Assembly (NCBI GenBank): GCA_038087875.1
Contig: CM075988.1
Span: 17,486,001-17,550,000, forward strand
Reading direction: 5' to 3'
Source: Malacoraja senta
Lineage: Eukaryota
DNA length: 64,000 bases
In this document: piece after piece, positions 61,490-64,000 of the stretch
How the letters are laid out: every line of letters starts with the position of its first letter
How positions within the stretch are numbered: the first letter of the stretch is position 1
Translations under genes and position numbers: made by a program
Notes under the pieces: generated by a model
Database searches by the model: none
Told to the model about the DNA's origin: nothing
The model's input: only the letters and a program-made list of their open reading frames with translations

Positions 61490-62100
61490 ATTCAGATTCA
61501 GATTCAAACTTCATTGTCATTGTACAGTGTGCAAGTACAGAGACAACTAAATGCAGTTAGCATCTCACCCAGAAGTGCCAACACAGAATAATGGAACAGT
61601 AATATATATATATGTGTACATACAGTAGCAGTAGTGCAATTTTTCTGGGGGAAGGAGTGTCCGGGGGGGGGGGGGGTGACTGGCAATCACCAAGGTGCAG
61701 AGTTAAGTAGTGTAACAGCCGCAGGGAAGAAGCTGTTCCTGAACCTGCTGGTCCGGCAACGGAGAGACCTGTAGCGCCTCCCGGATGGGAGGAGGGTAAA
61801 CAGTCTGTGGTTGGGGTGAGAGCAGTCCATGACGATGCTGCGCGCCCTTCGCAGACATCACTTGCTCTGGACAGACTCAATGGAGGGGAGTGAGGAACCG
61901 GTGATGCGTTGGGCAGTTTTCACCACCCTCTGCAGTGCTTTCCGGTCGGAGACAGAGCAGTTGCCATACCATACTGTGATACAGTTGGTAAGGATGCTCT
62001 CGATGGTGCAGAGGTAGAAGTTCACCAGAATCTGAGGAGACAGATGGACCTTCTTTAGTCTCCTCAGGAAGAAGAGACGCTGGTGAGCCTTCTTGACCAG
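61490..62100 (-). mobile_element. Rex1-like LINE 3' fragment
   Basis: Minus strand: LVKKAHQRLFFLRRLKK...IESILTNCITVWYG...LPSGRRYRSL; (TGAATC)n tail. Confidence 0.9.
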
Positions 62101-62591
62101 TGCAGAACAAGTGTGAGTGGCTACTTATTACACTGGGTCTGTGCATTATAAAGGTCACAGCTTGTAGGCACAGATGAAGTATTGCAAATGGAGTGCATGC
62201 CGTGCAATTGCCAGCAAGTATCCTACTTCTGATCTTACGATGTGGTCAAGGTGACTGATACAGCAGGAGAATTGGAGTGCGTAGAAGTCTAATCAGAGAT
62301 TGCAATTATAAAGAGAGCATAGATAAATGTAATGAAGTGATTACTTAAACAAGACATTGAAGGCATCTTTATAACTATGGAACAATGCCCAGAAAGAATC
62401 ACCATCATCAGGAGAGGAATTCTAAGAAACTGAAGCAAATTAACGTAATGGTGGCTGCACTGAAGCGATTCTTGACGTCATTGATACAGCGCGCATAACA
62501 TTGATAAAAATTAATTTAATTTCATGGTCCACGTTAGAAATAGATTTGCAATCCGCAGGACAAGGGAATGAAGCCAGTGATCAGATGCTTT

Positions 62592-62788
62592 TGCGTAGGA
62601 AGGAATTGCAGATGCCGGTTTATACCGACGATAGATACAAAACGCTGGAGTAACTCAGCGGGACAGGCAGCATCTCTGGGGAGAAGGAATAGGTGACGTT
62701 TCGAATCGAGCCCCGAAGTGTCACCTATTCCTTTTCTCCAGAGATGCTGCCTGACCCGCTGAGTTACTCCAGCATTTTGTGTCTATCA
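62592..62788. mobile_element. Inverted pair of Penelope terminal repeats
   Basis: Inverted arms; ATCAGATGCT duplicated at 62580-62589 and 62788-62797. Confidence 0.8.
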
Positions 62789-63123
62789 TCAGATGCTGTT
62801 CACAGATGTGACAATCTCAACAATGGAGGCAACTGTGGATAAAACTAAACTTTGGGCTAAAATACAAATAAAGCATATGCAATAATGGCTAATAATAAAC
62901 ACATTCGTAAGGTTCCAAGAAAAATGCATTCGGCTTCACCAGATATACATTATTTAAATTGAAACCTGAATAGCCAAAGGCATTTGAGAACCTCTGCAGA
63001 TGATTTAATGTCATTAATCTATGATATTGCAATGAATCACACTTTGGTGCTGGGAAGGTACTGATGTCAGTCGGCACCTAAGGTATGTCTGTCCATGTGC
63101 TGCAGAGAAAGAGGTGGCTGTGA

Positions 63124-63957
63124 GAACATAGAAACATAGAAAGTAGGTGCGAGAGTAGATCACCAGGCCCATCGAGCCCGCACCGCCATTCGCTCATGGC
63201 TGAACACTAAACAGACACCCTTACCCACAAACAGTAGACACAAGACACAGAACACAAGACACTACCCTCCCCTTTATATCGCTATCACCCCTCTCCACCC
63301 CAAGAACCGCGTGATCTCCTGGGGGAGGCAAAAAAACGGATAAAAACCCAGGTCCAATTCGGGGAAAAAATCCGGGAAATTCCTCTCCGACCCCAATCCA
63401 GGCGATCGACACTTGTCCAGGAGATCACTCAGGTCTTACTATACTAACCATACCTAGGTCCATATCCCTGCCCTCTCCCCGTAGCCCCTTATCCCCTTGG
63501 CAGCTAAAAAACCATCTATTTTAGACTTAAATATATTTAATGTTTCTGCTTCCACTGCTCCCTGGGGCAGTGAATTCCATAAATTAACCACCCTCTGGGT
63601 GAAGAAGTTCTTCCTCATCTCAGTTTTAAAAGAGCCCCCTCTTATTCTACAACTATGTCCCCTAGTTCTAGTTTCCCCGATCATTGGGAACATCCTCGGT
63701 GCATCCACCCGATCAAGGCCCCTCACGATCTTATATGTTTCAATGAGATCGCCTCTCATTCTTCTAAACTCCAAAGAGTAGAGTTCCAGCCTACTTAACC
63801 TTTCCTCATATGTCAATCCCCTCATTGCAGGAATTAATCTTGTAAACCTTCGCTGCACTGCCTCCAGGGCCAGTACATCCTTTCTTAAGTATGGACCCCA
63901 GAACTGTACACAGTATTCCAAATGTGGTCTCACTAATACTGTGTACAGCTGCAGCAA
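63124..63957 (-). mobile_element. Young CR1-type LINE 3' fragment with extended 3' UTR
   Basis: Uninterrupted 167-aa ORF LQLYTVLVRPHLEYCVQFWGPYLRKD...NLWNSLPQGAVEAE, then a ~330-bp UTR ending in (TTTCTATG)n. Confidence 0.92.
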
Positions 63958-64000
63958 GAACCTATCTCTTCTTCCATTCCAACCACTCGGATAAATGGAC

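Overview
Repeat-rich vertebrate genomic DNA. The V-SINE/CR1/L2/Rex1/Penelope/Harbinger mix suggests a cartilaginous fish, probably a skate or ray (inference). The only host coding exon I can support is the first coding exon of ABCG4 (ABC sterol half-transporter) on the minus strand, 36013-35776, with clean splice sites. A CpG-rich candidate promoter and non-coding first exon lie at about 49.0-50.2 kb. I found no Walker-A exon downstream, so the next intron appears to exceed 35.7 kb. Notable structure: (1) two back-to-back DR4/LXR-type elements at 6596-6628 in that intron; (2) many Penelope-derived fragments with a minimal hammerhead-ribozyme core, often as inverted pairs with 10-17 bp flanking direct repeats; (3) three Harbinger-type MITEs, one with DR4-like arrays and a perfect 32-bp palindrome; (4) a small LTR-like relic, a Hero-like mini-element and several nested insertions with target-site duplications (TSDs). 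I see no prokaryote-type system, CRISPR array or true tRNA gene. Repeat boundaries are approximate and family names come from motif recognition, not database searches.
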